From Deltaproteobacteria bacterium (GTDB lineage Bacteria; UBA10199; 2-02-FULL-50-16; JAJFLM01), in the NCBI GenBank assembly GCA_021772655.1, contig JAJFLM010000335.1, forward strand, positions 34,941 through 98,940: DNA of 64,000 nucleotides, written 5' to 3'. The notes below the pieces were generated by a model that saw only the letters and a program-made list of their open reading frames with translations, was not told the origin of the DNA and did not search any database. The position numbers were made by a program, and so were the translations under genes. Numbering within the stretch: position 1 is the first letter of the stretch; each line of letters opens with the position of its first letter. Positions 9,538-18,935 of the stretch are shown one piece after another.

Positions 9538-10021
9538 CCCATCTTTCTCCTCTAATAATAAGAGTTATAGCCCAAGGAGATACATTATACTTCCTTGCTA
9601 ACTCACTTTTTCGTCCATGAGAGTTGTCTTTAAGATACTCGGCTCTTATTTCTTGTACTTGAGGCCAAGTTAATTTTCTGTTAAATTGATGATCCACCTC
9701 AACTATTTTTATATTGTAAATAGAACAGTTAAGCTTATCTTTAGGTTCTTTTAATCTAACAGTACATCCCTCAAACCATAAAGGAATAAAATATTCGGCT
9801 ACTAAATTTTTGAGAATTATCATCTTTCTTCCACCTTCAGGATGATAAAGATGCATTCTTGCAGAGGTATTATTACTTTTAGGAGTAATAAACTTCTTAA
9901 CTCCTTTGTGTTTTTTTCTATTTTTTCCACGATGTATGATAGAATTAGCTCTGACCCTACCATAACTAGAGACAGAGTACCATTTATTAAATCCTTCTAT
10001 ATATTTCCAGCGTTCTTTCAT
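9362..10021 (-). CDS. NUMOD4/HNH_3-type homing endonuclease-like protein
   Basis: N-terminal ERWKYIEGFNKWYSVSSYGRVRA is the NUMOD4 signature. C-terminal HTH-like SELARKYNVSPWAITLIIRGERWG. The reading frame then runs ~170 nt into the next gene. Confidence 0.65.
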   Translation of the reverse strand: MKERWKYIEGFNKWYSVSSYGRVRANSIIHRGKNRKKHKGVKKFITPKSNNTSARMHLYHPEGGRKMIILKNLVAEYFIPLWFEGCTVRLKEPKDKLNCSIYNIKIVEVDHQFNRKLTWPQVQEIRAEYLKDNSHGRKSELARKYNVSPWAITLIIRGERWGDKVKNKDRRRDVSQLSLRQGEIDKTDTKNVSVAGIGRKNSFCPNNFSNGNSGVAGSN

Positions 10022-10239
10022 AATAAATCTCGCAATTTCTCAAGCATATTTCTTTTATTGATTATTTCTCTGTGTATTATAGTCCTGCATTCTATGCAAT
10101 AATGTCCGAAAGGAAAAGTAAAAGTTTTGCATTTTTTATGTTTAATTACCCATTCTAAAGGTAATATAAGATTGTCATCCCATCTTTTTTCTTCAAATTC
10201 CCAATCAGATTTATTTTCTTCTTCTGTATCTATAATCAT
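10018..10239 (-). CDS. hypothetical small Cys-rich protein
   Basis: 73-aa ORF with 4-nt overlaps to both neighbours. Confidence 0.5.
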   Translation of the reverse strand: MIIDTEEENKSDWEFEEKRWDDNLILPLEWVIKHKKCKTFTFPFGHYCIECRTIIHREIINKRNMLEKLRDLL

Positions 10240-10526
10240 AAAAGATTCGCCGTTTTATAATATAAATAAATAAATTTTTGTTCTTCTTTAGGTAAAATTT
10301 TATTACAATAACCACATTTAAAATTAGGAAAACGTCTTTCTGGATACATTATTATACAATCTTTACAAATACAAGTACGTCCCAGCTCTTTACAAGATAA
10401 ATGATATATAGCAATACCTATACCTATATTCTTTTTATATTGTACTTCTTTATACCACCATTCACACTCTTCCGTGTTGTCCTCTTTGATTATATGCGTC
10501 GTTTGTTGCATGAAGTAAAGCCTCAA
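10236..10526 (-). CDS. hypothetical Cys-rich protein
   Basis: 96-aa ORF with several CxxC-type pairs (CICKDC, CGYC). Confidence 0.5.
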   Translation of the reverse strand: MRLYFMQQTTHIIKEDNTEECEWWYKEVQYKKNIGIGIAIYHLSCKELGRTCICKDCIIMYPERRFPNFKCGYCNKILPKEEQKFIYLYYKTANLL

Positions 10527-10686
10527 GCTGTGTTCTGTCTAGTGGACCACATCCAATTTTATCATCTACTATTAGAAAATATTTATTATTAATATCATTA
10601 TAGTAAACTTCTCCTTTAGTGTGTTGAAGTTCACTACATGTAATACGAAAAAAATCCTTAGGAATTAATAATTCAGTTTCATTCAT
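10462..10686 (-). CDS. hypothetical protein
   Basis: 74-aa ORF, co-directional. Its 3' end overlaps the next ORF. Confidence 0.45.
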   Translation of the reverse strand: MNETELLIPKDFFRITCSELQHTKGEVYYNDINNKYFLIVDDKIGCGPLDRTQLEALLHATNDAYNQRGQHGRV

Positions 10687-11182
10687 TAGGGTTTACCCAT
10701 CCTTTTCTTTTTGTAAACGGTTTCTTTTTCTTTCTCTTAGGAACAGTACGCTTAATGCGATAATCTTCCTTCCAAATTCTCTGGGCTACTACAGACTCTA
10801 TTGTTTCATAGGAAACCTTATATACAACGGCAAGTCTTTCTTTATCATACCCGGCTTCAGCACACCAACGTATTACTTTAGCAGCTACAATATTTAGTTT
10901 ATTATTACTACGATTTCTTGCTTGTTCTGTTATAGTAGCCCATTTGCAGTTCTCTTTAGAATAAGGACCATCGTTGTTAATTCTATCAATAGATAACCCA
11001 AGCTCCCAAGTATCTAACATATCGTCACGGAAATTTTCAAACGATTGCCAATGCTTATCAACATAAATACCGCGTCCTCCATATTTATGGTAACGCGGAC
11101 TGTTTTCGTTCTCGCAATACTGACGCATCCTTTTCCATATCGCATAAATAGGATGCTTACTCATACCGTGACTGGATCTCAT
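10679..11182 (-). CDS. homing-endonuclease-like DNA-binding protein
   Basis: YAIWKRMRQYC...YGGRGIYVDKHW..F..F..DM...LSIDRINNDGPYSKENCKWAT..EQARN is the module often annotated as HNH/AP2-like in phages. The C-terminus is basic. Confidence 0.5.
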   Translation of the reverse strand: MRSSHGMSKHPIYAIWKRMRQYCENENSPRYHKYGGRGIYVDKHWQSFENFRDDMLDTWELGLSIDRINNDGPYSKENCKWATITEQARNRSNNKLNIVAAKVIRWCAEAGYDKERLAVVYKVSYETIESVVAQRIWKEDYRIKRTVPKRKKKKPFTKRKGWVNPNE

Positions 11183-11212
11183 ACTATATTATCTGTATTT
11201 CTGTGTTGAATT

Positions 11213-11395
11213 TCAAGTATTATTTTCTTTCCCTGTAATATAACCTACCCATAAAGCTAAAGCAACAATGGCAAATTTTAAACCCTCTGGAAATCCTGTA
11301 TTGTTTTTTAGTTGTCCTTCAAATTCTAAAAAGGAAAAAACAATTGCAAAAGTAATAAATATAAATAAATTAAATTTAAAAATTTTCATACTCAT
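11213..11395 (-). CDS. small membrane protein
   Basis: 60-aa ORF with two hydrophobic segments. Confidence 0.5.
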   Translation of the reverse strand: MSMKIFKFNLFIFITFAIVFSFLEFEGQLKNNTGFPEGLKFAIVALALWVGYITGKENNT

Positions 11396-11634
11396 TTTTC
11401 TAATTCCTCTTCTATTACTTTATGAATAGAATCTAATTCTCTCATAAATTTATAATAATATTCATCTAAAATTATATTAATTCTATCTTCTAATTCAAGA
11501 TTATTTTCTTTCAAAATTAAAAGATCTGTATGAATCCTCCATAATTTATTTTGTATTATATTAATTTTAATTTTAGCTCTCGCTAAACGTAGACTTCTTA
11601 AGAAATTCTTCCAAATAAGGAGCTTCATTTGCAA
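11392..11634 (-). CDS. hypothetical protein
   Basis: 80-aa ORF; its start region overlaps the sigma factor 3' end. Confidence 0.4.
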   Translation of the reverse strand: MQMKLLIWKNFLRSLRLARAKIKINIIQNKLWRIHTDLLILKENNLELEDRINIILDEYYYKFMRELDSIHKVIEEELEK

Positions 11635-12799
11635 TTTCCTTTAATGCAATCTTTTCTTTGTTTCGAATGGCTTCTCTAGATAATTCTCTTTCTGTTACAC
11701 CGTTCTGAAATAATTTAGAAGCTGTATCTTCAAGAGATCTTACCTTATTATGACCGCTAAAATATCTATAATAAATTATTTGATATCCAAGAGGATCTAA
11801 CACATCTCCGATAGCCTTTATTAGAAACTTTCTATCTTCTTTAAATAAAGAATCTTCCTCTGGGCTTCTCTTGTTATCAATAATTAAATCGCTTAGAGTC
11901 TGCGGCTTGTCTTCCCCTGTCTTCCAATTAACAGGAGCATCCATTGAAACAGTATTACCTCGTAGTAAAGTAATAGCTGCCTGAATTTCATCTAGAGAAA
12001 TGGCTTTCTTCTTTCTCTTTTTAAGTAAAAGATTCACCTCTTCAGCAAACTCTTCCTCGCTGACTCCTTCTTCTAAAGATCTAGCCGCTTCAATAATTAC
12101 AAAAATAATTTCCAAACGAGAGCGGGGTAATCTAATCTCACGGGATTGATTCATGATCCATTCTTTAACCCTCCTCTCAGCTCTGAGATAGGCGTAAGTA
12201 ATAAACTTAACTCTATCTCCTTCAATTGTTTTATAGTCAGGATTATATAGATCCACAGAATCGTGGAATCCAAGGCAGGCTTCTTGAACTAAATCAGAAA
12301 AACTAATACCAAATACTGTGTATTTTCCTGCTATGTCATGAGCTGCTTTAAGACAAGATCTTACCATCTTATCTGCAATATCTTCCATAGTAAACTTCAA
12401 TATTTTTATTAATTTAATATTAGTATTTTCATCTTCAAGATTTTTATAGAGGGTAGTATATAGAGACCGGGAAAATCTCAGGGAAGCTAGGTTGATCGCT
12501 CTATTTTTAGGAGAAACAGCATATTTAGGTATATTTTTTTTATATACTTCAATTATATTAGCATTATGTCCTGGCTTATTAGTATTAAAATCTCTACTAA
12601 GTTTAGCAATAGATCTTCCATCTCTAACTAAATCAGTATAAATTTCTAATAGTTTCTCAACAGAAGAACTATGCTTAAAAATCTCAAGCTCTACTGCTTC
12701 TCTACAATGCTTATAGGCATCAAATAATTGTATCTCCTCTTCCTCTGATATATCAATATGATATTTAGAAATACTATTATAATAGGAGTAGTTATACAT
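11573..12799 (-). CDS. sigma-70 family RNA polymerase sigma factor
   Basis: Region 2-like LVQEACLGFHDSVDLYNPDY...FITYAYLRAERRVKEWI. Region 4 HTH-like SLEDTASKLFQNGVTERELSREAIRNKEKIALKEI. Confidence 0.75.
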   Translation of the reverse strand: MYNYSYYNSISKYHIDISEEEEIQLFDAYKHCREAVELEIFKHSSSVEKLLEIYTDLVRDGRSIAKLSRDFNTNKPGHNANIIEVYKKNIPKYAVSPKNRAINLASLRFSRSLYTTLYKNLEDENTNIKLIKILKFTMEDIADKMVRSCLKAAHDIAGKYTVFGISFSDLVQEACLGFHDSVDLYNPDYKTIEGDRVKFITYAYLRAERRVKEWIMNQSREIRLPRSRLEIIFVIIEAARSLEEGVSEEEFAEEVNLLLKKRKKKAISLDEIQAAITLLRGNTVSMDAPVNWKTGEDKPQTLSDLIIDNKRSPEEDSLFKEDRKFLIKAIGDVLDPLGYQIIYYRYFSGHNKVRSLEDTASKLFQNGVTERELSREAIRNKEKIALKEIANEAPYLEEFLKKSTFSES

Positions 12800-13796
12800 T
12801 TATTTTCTTATGCCATTTATCTAAAATTAGAACAGGTTCACCCCAAAAAGTGGAACGATACACTCCTTTTACATAAATATTTCCATCTCTAATTTTAATA
12901 TCAGACATGATATCTTTGCCACCTGAAAGATTATAGTGAAAACTTGAACCCATTTCTAATTTATCGCTATCCGATTTTAAATCTTTCTTAGTTTGATACC
13001 ATGTTTTTAGATCTGTTTTCCATGATTCAATATTTAAAGCTATTGTAGTTCCATATTTATCAGATAATTTATCGAAGTTTACTTCCATAAACAAGGATTC
13101 TGGATTATATATAAATTCCGATCCTACTAATCCATATTGCAGTGGATTAGGTTTACCAAATAAATATTGCTTTCTCGATCCTTCAGGTTCAAACCCTTCT
13201 GGCATAGGTACAAACCAATTATTATCTAAAAAAATAGAATTAAGAATATTTTCTTTTACTTCAATAGGGAGCCTGTGAGTTCTGTACTCTACTATACTTT
13301 TTATATCGTAAGGAATTTCTCTTAAGCTTGCATAACTTTTATTATAAAAGTCAGCTTCAATATTATCTATAAACTCAGGGACAGTTTGTGGTTTAATTCT
13401 TTGAACCGTATCATAAGCAAAGTTTTTCTCTCCTATTTTAATAATAAGAGACCAACTAGATAATGAAGAAGAACTACTATAGATTTTTCTCTTTTCTAAC
13501 AAACCAGATTTAGTAATATCTCCTACTTTATCAATATTTTTATTAATTCTATATTTAATTAGACAATCAGGGAGTAAGAGTTTTCCACTTCCACCATATT
13601 TAAGAGGACCATTATCTCCTACTGTAATATTATCTCCAAAATTAATAGCTAGAATACGATCTTCTCCTTCTATTCTAGCCATTAATATATCACAATTATC
13701 ACATTCTACTACCCATCTATTTCCATATTGAGTTTTATTTCCTAGTTTCCCTTCACAAAAATCTTGTTGGAATTTTTCTGTTCCTCCTCTAGCCAC
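12792..13796 (-). CDS. hypothetical protein (334 aa)
   Basis: GTG start with GGAGG 5 nt upstream; no family recognised. Confidence 0.65.
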   Translation of the reverse strand: MARGGTEKFQQDFCEGKLGNKTQYGNRWVVECDNCDILMARIEGEDRILAINFGDNITVGDNGPLKYGGSGKLLLPDCLIKYRINKNIDKVGDITKSGLLEKRKIYSSSSSLSSWSLIIKIGEKNFAYDTVQRIKPQTVPEFIDNIEADFYNKSYASLREIPYDIKSIVEYRTHRLPIEVKENILNSIFLDNNWFVPMPEGFEPEGSRKQYLFGKPNPLQYGLVGSEFIYNPESLFMEVNFDKLSDKYGTTIALNIESWKTDLKTWYQTKKDLKSDSDKLEMGSSFHYNLSGGKDIMSDIKIRDGNIYVKGVYRSTFWGEPVLILDKWHKKINV

Positions 13797-13797
13797 T

Positions 13798-13893
13798 TTA
13801 ATCCTCCATTATTACCTGAATAATTCCTATCACCCAAGATAACACCCAAAACACAATAAGAATAATTATTAATAAGGTAAATAAATAACCCAT
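13798..13893 (-). CDS. candidate 31-aa transmembrane peptide
   Basis: Hand translation MGYLFTLLIIILIVFWVLSWVIGIIQVIMED. TAATG overlap with the upstream gene. Fills the gap to the next gene and contains that gene's SD. Confidence 0.4.
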   Translation of the reverse strand: MGYLFTLLIIILIVFWVLSWVIGIIQVIMED

Positions 13894-15179
13894 TACGTAG
13901 GGTTCAGAATCATTTCTACTTTCTTACCCCACGGAGCTTCTCTATTTCCTCTACCTTTAGCATGACACCAAATCACAGGATAGTCAGGTTTCTCAGCGGG
14001 GAAAGTAGTTTCCAAATCAGTAAAAGCAACTACCATACCAATATTTTCTAGAGTTTCATTTACCTTTTTAAATACATCAATATGAGAAGTACCACCTTTG
14101 GTTACTTTCATTTGACTAATATTTTTCTTGGTAAATCTTCCTTCAAAGTAACAATTTACATCATGAAAAAATACATGTACAAAGGCTGCTCCACTTGTTT
14201 TTAGAATACCCATGGCTTCGCTAGCTGCCTGATTCAATTCTTTATTAGAAATAGAACCAGAAGTGTCAAACATCAATACAGCACCTTCTTTTGCAGGCTT
14301 TCGGGATTGTAGCCTAACTCCCATGGTGTGTCCACGCCTTGAGGGTCGAGCAAAAGTATATTTACTTTTAAATTTAGAAGTAGCAGTATGTCTAATTTGA
14401 TCTCGCCAACTAACTGTAGGATTAGTAATTTTAGCTACATAATTTTTAATAAACCCAGGAATACTTCCTTGTCCTTCAGCTTTAGAAGTTTGTTGAGCAG
14501 CAGAAATAATCCTCTGTGTCCAATCGTGTTTTTGCTTCGCGGTTAGCCCTTGTCCAGGCTCTTTATTTCTACCTCCTTTACCTTTACCTTCAGCAATTTT
14601 TGTTGCACTACAGCAGTCTCCGTTACCGGGACCACCTTTAGGGTTAGGAAGTTTATTATTTTCTTTCATCAACTCTCTATATACTTCTTCAATTACCTTA
14701 TCGGTACAAAATTCTATCACTTCTTCTGTGATAAAATTCTTTCTACTTTCTGGCATTTTAAGTTGAGTATCATTAACAAGCTGAGTGTCAGTTACATAGT
14801 CCGCCGCAATATTCCAAGCTTTAAAACTTTTCTTATCTCCAGGAATAGAATGGTATCTTTGAATACAGCTTTGAATAATATGCATAATTTCATGTGCCAT
14901 TACAAAAGCCATATCTTGAGTAGATAAACTTTTTACAAAATCTGGATCATAATAGAAATTTCCATCTCCATCAACACTAGTGGTCCCTGCTCCTCCTCCA
15001 CCTTCTTCTTCAATAAAATTAAGTTGAAGAGCAAGGAAAGCCCAGAATTTATAATGAGTCATCATCAAAAATCTTGCATCAGTAAGATAATCGATAGGCT
15101 CTTTTTCTTTAATAATAGAATTACGCACTGAAGAAATTCTCCCATTTATCAGTAATTGCCGACAGTTCATCACTAGCAA
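13893..15179 (-). CDS. VWA-domain protein with an N-terminal HExxH zincin-like domain (CobT/DUF2201-like)
   Basis: MAHEIMH (HExxH) and a C-terminal VWA/MIDAS-like MFDTSGSIS. Partner of the upstream AAA+ gene. The start is uncertain; GTG at 15128 would overlap the partner's stop. Confidence 0.7.
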   Translation of the reverse strand: MLVMNCRQLLINGRISSVRNSIIKEKEPIDYLTDARFLMMTHYKFWAFLALQLNFIEEEGGGGAGTTSVDGDGNFYYDPDFVKSLSTQDMAFVMAHEIMHIIQSCIQRYHSIPGDKKSFKAWNIAADYVTDTQLVNDTQLKMPESRKNFITEEVIEFCTDKVIEEVYRELMKENNKLPNPKGGPGNGDCCSATKIAEGKGKGGRNKEPGQGLTAKQKHDWTQRIISAAQQTSKAEGQGSIPGFIKNYVAKITNPTVSWRDQIRHTATSKFKSKYTFARPSRRGHTMGVRLQSRKPAKEGAVLMFDTSGSISNKELNQAASEAMGILKTSGAAFVHVFFHDVNCYFEGRFTKKNISQMKVTKGGTSHIDVFKKVNETLENIGMVVAFTDLETTFPAEKPDYPVIWCHAKGRGNREAPWGKKVEMILNPT

Positions 15180-16248
15180 GAGCGATCAATCTCTCAGATT
15201 TGGGAAGTTGATTTACTGCCTTAATGATATTCTTGGTAAGAAGAAGACCGTATTCAGGCTTGCTCATTCTAACAGCATAAATAGCAAAATTCTTCCAAGA
15301 ATCAGGGTTCTTTCTAAGAAACGACTCTGCGCCGGTAAGAGTAGCCCAAAGCTTATCCAATTCTGTAGGAATTACTGCTCCATGAGGATCTTTATTAATA
15401 TGTTCAGGCTTAGTCATCCCTCTACTATTAAACATATAAGCATTAAAATCGTGGGCAACACCTTCACCCAATGAAGCTTTAGCTACTTGAAATACTAGAT
15501 TGTACTTACTATTTTCATCCAAAATCTCATCATCATCAAAATTGAAACCTTGTTTACGAAGCCTAGTCAATCCTCTACTAAATTGATCCCATGTTCGGGG
15601 AGTAGCGAACGCCGGTTCCGAGCTGTTTAGATTGGCCTGAAAGGTACTAATCTTATCGGGAGCGAATCGAAGATATCCAATGATAAGCTCATCAATATTA
15701 CCGTGCTCTCGACCCCAATTAATAAATACATTATGATCGGGGAAAGCGTTAAAATGGATGAATCTATTCCCGAGAGACTTAATCATCTCTTGAGCAGCAG
15801 ACTTATCATCAGTACGATTACCAGCAGCAAATACTCTTACATTATTTCTAATTCTGCATTCTCCTACGATACCTTCATGTACAAATTTATGAAAAGTACC
15901 TTGAGTTTGTTCGTCTGCCAATGTGATATCATCAAAAAATACTACCGTAGGTCCACGATATTCTTCAGGAACCGCCGGATGATCTGAACATTGGAATGCC
16001 CAATAAGGAGCGAGATATTTAGTATAAAGATTCTTATAAGGGAAAGGGATACCTCCAAGATCTGTAGGCTCCATAGCACCAGCAAGTACAGGAATCAATC
16101 TATATCCTTCTTTCTTTGCTCGTGCTTCAAGTCCCTGAGTCTTACCAAGCCCAGGCTCACCCCAGATCATAGCAGGTTCACCAAGCATCCATGCCAAATC
16201 AAGCACCTGATTAATATCAGGACGGTCTACACTAAATTCGAGATCCAT
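15121..16248 (-). CDS. AAA+ ATPase, MoxR/CobS-like
   Basis: Walker A IWGEPGLGKTQ and Walker B VVFFDDI. Size and pairing with a VWA protein are typical of MoxR/CobS-CobT pairs. Confidence 0.75.
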   Translation of the reverse strand: MDLEFSVDRPDINQVLDLAWMLGEPAMIWGEPGLGKTQGLEARAKKEGYRLIPVLAGAMEPTDLGGIPFPYKNLYTKYLAPYWAFQCSDHPAVPEEYRGPTVVFFDDITLADEQTQGTFHKFVHEGIVGECRIRNNVRVFAAGNRTDDKSAAQEMIKSLGNRFIHFNAFPDHNVFINWGREHGNIDELIIGYLRFAPDKISTFQANLNSSEPAFATPRTWDQFSRGLTRLRKQGFNFDDDEILDENSKYNLVFQVAKASLGEGVAHDFNAYMFNSRGMTKPEHINKDPHGAVIPTELDKLWATLTGAESFLRKNPDSWKNFAIYAVRMSKPEYGLLLTKNIIKAVNQLPKSERLIALASDELSAITDKWENFFSA

Positions 16249-16290
16249 TTCTAACTCCGTATTTGGAAAAGGTTTTTTCGGTCGGGGTTT

Positions 16291-16319
16291 AAGTTACCCC
16301 ATCGGAATCGTTTTGTCAA
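16291..16319 (-). promoter_or_regulatory. sigma-70-like promoter (TTGACA-N17-TAACTT) upstream of the AAA+ gene
   Basis: The minus strand reads GCGCTTGACA aaacgattccgatgggg TAACTT. The -35 overlaps the NAMPT stop codon. Confidence 0.45.
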
Positions 16320-17647
16320 GCGCCGTATGCGCGCTTCCTAATTATATCAAATGATTGAGTAGTATTATATATATCTCCATTACGAAATTTAAGCTGTAGT
16401 TTTTTATCTTTAGGAGAGAATCTCCCTCTTTTACTTCTTTTACCTGAATCTGTAACCGGGTCTTTATATATATCTCTCCATATACCATTTACACAAATAG
16501 CAGATGCCTTAAATGCAAATTTAGCATCATCTCTATTATGCATTTGCAATAGAGCACCACCGGAACCAAACGCAATATTATCAATACTCCATTTAAATTC
16601 TGCCATTTTATCTAAAATATCTTCCATAGTATTTAGATTAACACCATCACCTTGGATAACTCTGATTTTCGGATTTAGAGTTTTAAATCCTTTATTATTT
16701 ATTGAATACCCAAAAGCTTTAGCCAATATCTTTAAAACTTGAATAACAATTTCTTTAGGATCCCCGGAATCTGGTCTTACGATAAGAACCCCATCTCTTT
16801 CCAAAATCTTATCTTTAAGTTCTACACCCCATAGATGTTCACAAGCTTTAAAAATATCAAAACTATCTGACACACAAGCGACCAAACCAATTGGATACTG
16901 CTTAAGCATATTTGCAAAAGCCTCTAATTCTTTATCTCTACCCCAAGAAGTAATAGTAGAATGTTCCGATGCTGGGATACTAAACCCAGGCATATCCCCA
17001 ACATCATTATAATAATTATTAATTAATTTAATTGCGGGTAAAGTATCGGTTCCCTTAAAGGAAATTAGATGAGCAGCACCAGCAAGAGCAGCAGTTTCTA
17101 CAGAACTAGCTCCTCTAAATCCAAAATCATGTAGCTTAAAATCTACAGCTTCTTCTCCTCCGGTAACTTCTTTATAGTTCTCAAGCATCTCTCTCATTTG
17201 TCTAGAGTAACTAGCTACAGTAATTGGAGACCAAATATGAGTAAGAATGCTTTCTACATAATTAGTAAGCCAAGGAACCAAAGGATCTGTATTAACCACT
17301 GTCATAGCTACTTCACGAGGATTAAACACTGTACCCTCAGGCAACGCATAAATCTCTAGTGGAAGCCTTCCTCCATACATATCATTAATATAGTTCCATC
17401 CTGCTATATTAAAGATTCCAGGTCCTATATGTTCGTCACAAAGAGCAGCGGCTTCTTCAATCTTATTTTTAGAAATAACAAAACCTTGAAGATATTTCTT
17501 AATAATATACTCTAGACCAAAGAAGATTAGCTCATTAAACATACCACCCCTAGATTCAAAATATGAGTATACATATTCAGATCCAGGAGGATATTGTTTC
17601 CAATGAGTCATCTTATAACTATCAGTATTAAGCAATATATTATCCAT
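16316..17647 (-). CDS. nadV: nicotinamide phosphoribosyltransferase (NAMPT)
   Basis: N-terminus MDNILLNTDSYKMTHWKQYPPGSEYVYSYFESRGG and overall length match the NAMPT/NadV family. Confidence 0.9.
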   Translation of the reverse strand: MDNILLNTDSYKMTHWKQYPPGSEYVYSYFESRGGMFNELIFFGLEYIIKKYLQGFVISKNKIEEAAALCDEHIGPGIFNIAGWNYINDMYGGRLPLEIYALPEGTVFNPREVAMTVVNTDPLVPWLTNYVESILTHIWSPITVASYSRQMREMLENYKEVTGGEEAVDFKLHDFGFRGASSVETAALAGAAHLISFKGTDTLPAIKLINNYYNDVGDMPGFSIPASEHSTITSWGRDKELEAFANMLKQYPIGLVACVSDSFDIFKACEHLWGVELKDKILERDGVLIVRPDSGDPKEIVIQVLKILAKAFGYSINNKGFKTLNPKIRVIQGDGVNLNTMEDILDKMAEFKWSIDNIAFGSGGALLQMHNRDDAKFAFKASAICVNGIWRDIYKDPVTDSGKRSKRGRFSPKDKKLQLKFRNGDIYNTTQSFDIIRKRAYGA

Positions 17648-17665
17648 TATTTTTCCTTAAATTAT

Positions 17666-17724
17666 ATTTTGTATGACGTTATGTGGGCTAAAAGCGGTTG
17701 ACTTTCCTTTTTAACCTCCTGATT
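17666..17724 (-). promoter_or_regulatory. copy 1 of a conserved ~59-nt upstream motif (candidate phage-specific promoter/5' leader)
   Basis: The minus strand reads AATCAGGAGGTTAAAAAGGAAAGTCAACCGCTTTTAGCCCACATAACGTCATACAAAAT, just upstream of the NAMPT SD. Near-identical copies lie at 25024-25082 and 29531-29590. Confidence 0.55.
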
Positions 17725-17750
17725 TTAAACGGTATTCTGGCTTTTGCGGA

Positions 17751-18017
17751 TTAATACTCTATCCACCACCACAAAGGACCTTGATAAGGTTTAAGCTTTT
17801 CAAGAAAATAATTAGTTGCTCTTTCGGTTGAACTAAATTCCGCGCCTTTTATCTCTTCAGTAGAAACTACAAAATAGATTTCTTTAATATTTTTAGGTAT
17901 TTTAAATCCTTTTGTACTACAAGCTATCTCTTCTTCAAGATAATTTACCCATGCAGTACACTGTGTAATACAACTAATATTATATTTACATTTATAAGCT
18001 TTAATCGTTATCTTCAT
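17751..18017 (-). CDS. hypothetical protein
   Basis: 88-aa ORF between the two NAD salvage genes. Confidence 0.55.
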   Translation of the reverse strand: MKITIKAYKCKYNISCITQCTAWVNYLEEEIACSTKGFKIPKNIKEIYFVVSTEEIKGAEFSSTERATNYFLEKLKPYQGPLWWWIEY

Positions 18018-18029
18018 TATTCAATCCCC

Positions 18030-18935
18030 TTACTTTATTTTAAAACTCCGCCGTTTGTCATACCAATTAATAAAGTCAACCATCAAAGCAGCATGTCCAT
18101 CTGCAAAATTAGTGGGACCATCAAAGATACTTTTCCATTCTAAAATATCCATATCATCCTTTGCTTCAATATAACTATTGTCTGAATAATAATCAGCTGC
18201 AAAGAAGAAAGTAAGAATAGAACTATTACTAGTATTTCTCCAATCTGTTACTGGATGACTACTAATATATTCTAGTTTACTTGTATCAATAATTAGAGAA
18301 GTTTCTTCTTTCAATTCTCTGCAAGCACTAAATTCTGCATTTTCGCCTTCCCCAATAAAACCACCAGGGAATCTCCAATAACCTTCATTACTTTTCTTTT
18401 GTCCGAGAAGAACAAGATCCTGTTTTTTATCATATATTGCAATATCTACTGTAGGTTTAATCTCGGGCCACCTTGTTTTAGCAGCGTAGATCAATCCCTT
18501 TCTAAAATCTTCAGAATTTACTGTAGTAATAGAATTTCTAATCTCTGTACCGGAATCTCCCTGAAACTTCTCAAGCTCTACTGTAGGATAGACTCCCTTA
18601 TAATGAGGAATAAAAGAATCTCTTCCACCATAGAGCATGAATTTTCTATAAGGAAGAACCTGTCTCAAAGTTTGATCTATTTGTTCAGACCATTTATCAT
18701 CCGATGGACTATCAAACAAAGGCAGAACAATAGCTTTTGGATACTTACTTAGTATCATATCTGCTCTCATTCTAAAGTCAAGAGGATGTTCAAGGCTATT
18801 AGGGATAGGATGTACTCCAATGAAAACAACAATTTCTCTTTTTCCTACATCCGAGGCTTCATCAATTAAATATCTATGTCCTTCATGAAGTACAGGTACT
18901 TGAAATCTACCAATCACAACGCCTACGGTTTCCAT
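18030..18935 (-). CDS. natV: bifunctional NMN adenylyltransferase / Nudix hydrolase
   Basis: N-terminal cytidylyltransferase-fold motif GRFQVPVLHEGHRYLI. C-terminal Nudix box GGFIGEGENAEFSACRELKEETSL. Confidence 0.85.
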   Translation of the reverse strand: METVGVVIGRFQVPVLHEGHRYLIDEASDVGKREIVVFIGVHPIPNSLEHPLDFRMRADMILSKYPKAIVLPLFDSPSDDKWSEQIDQTLRQVLPYRKFMLYGGRDSFIPHYKGVYPTVELEKFQGDSGTEIRNSITTVNSEDFRKGLIYAAKTRWPEIKPTVDIAIYDKKQDLVLLGQKKSNEGYWRFPGGFIGEGENAEFSACRELKEETSLIIDTSKLEYISSHPVTDWRNTSNSSILTFFFAADYYSDNSYIEAKDDMDILEWKSIFDGPTNFADGHAALMVDFINWYDKRRSFKIK

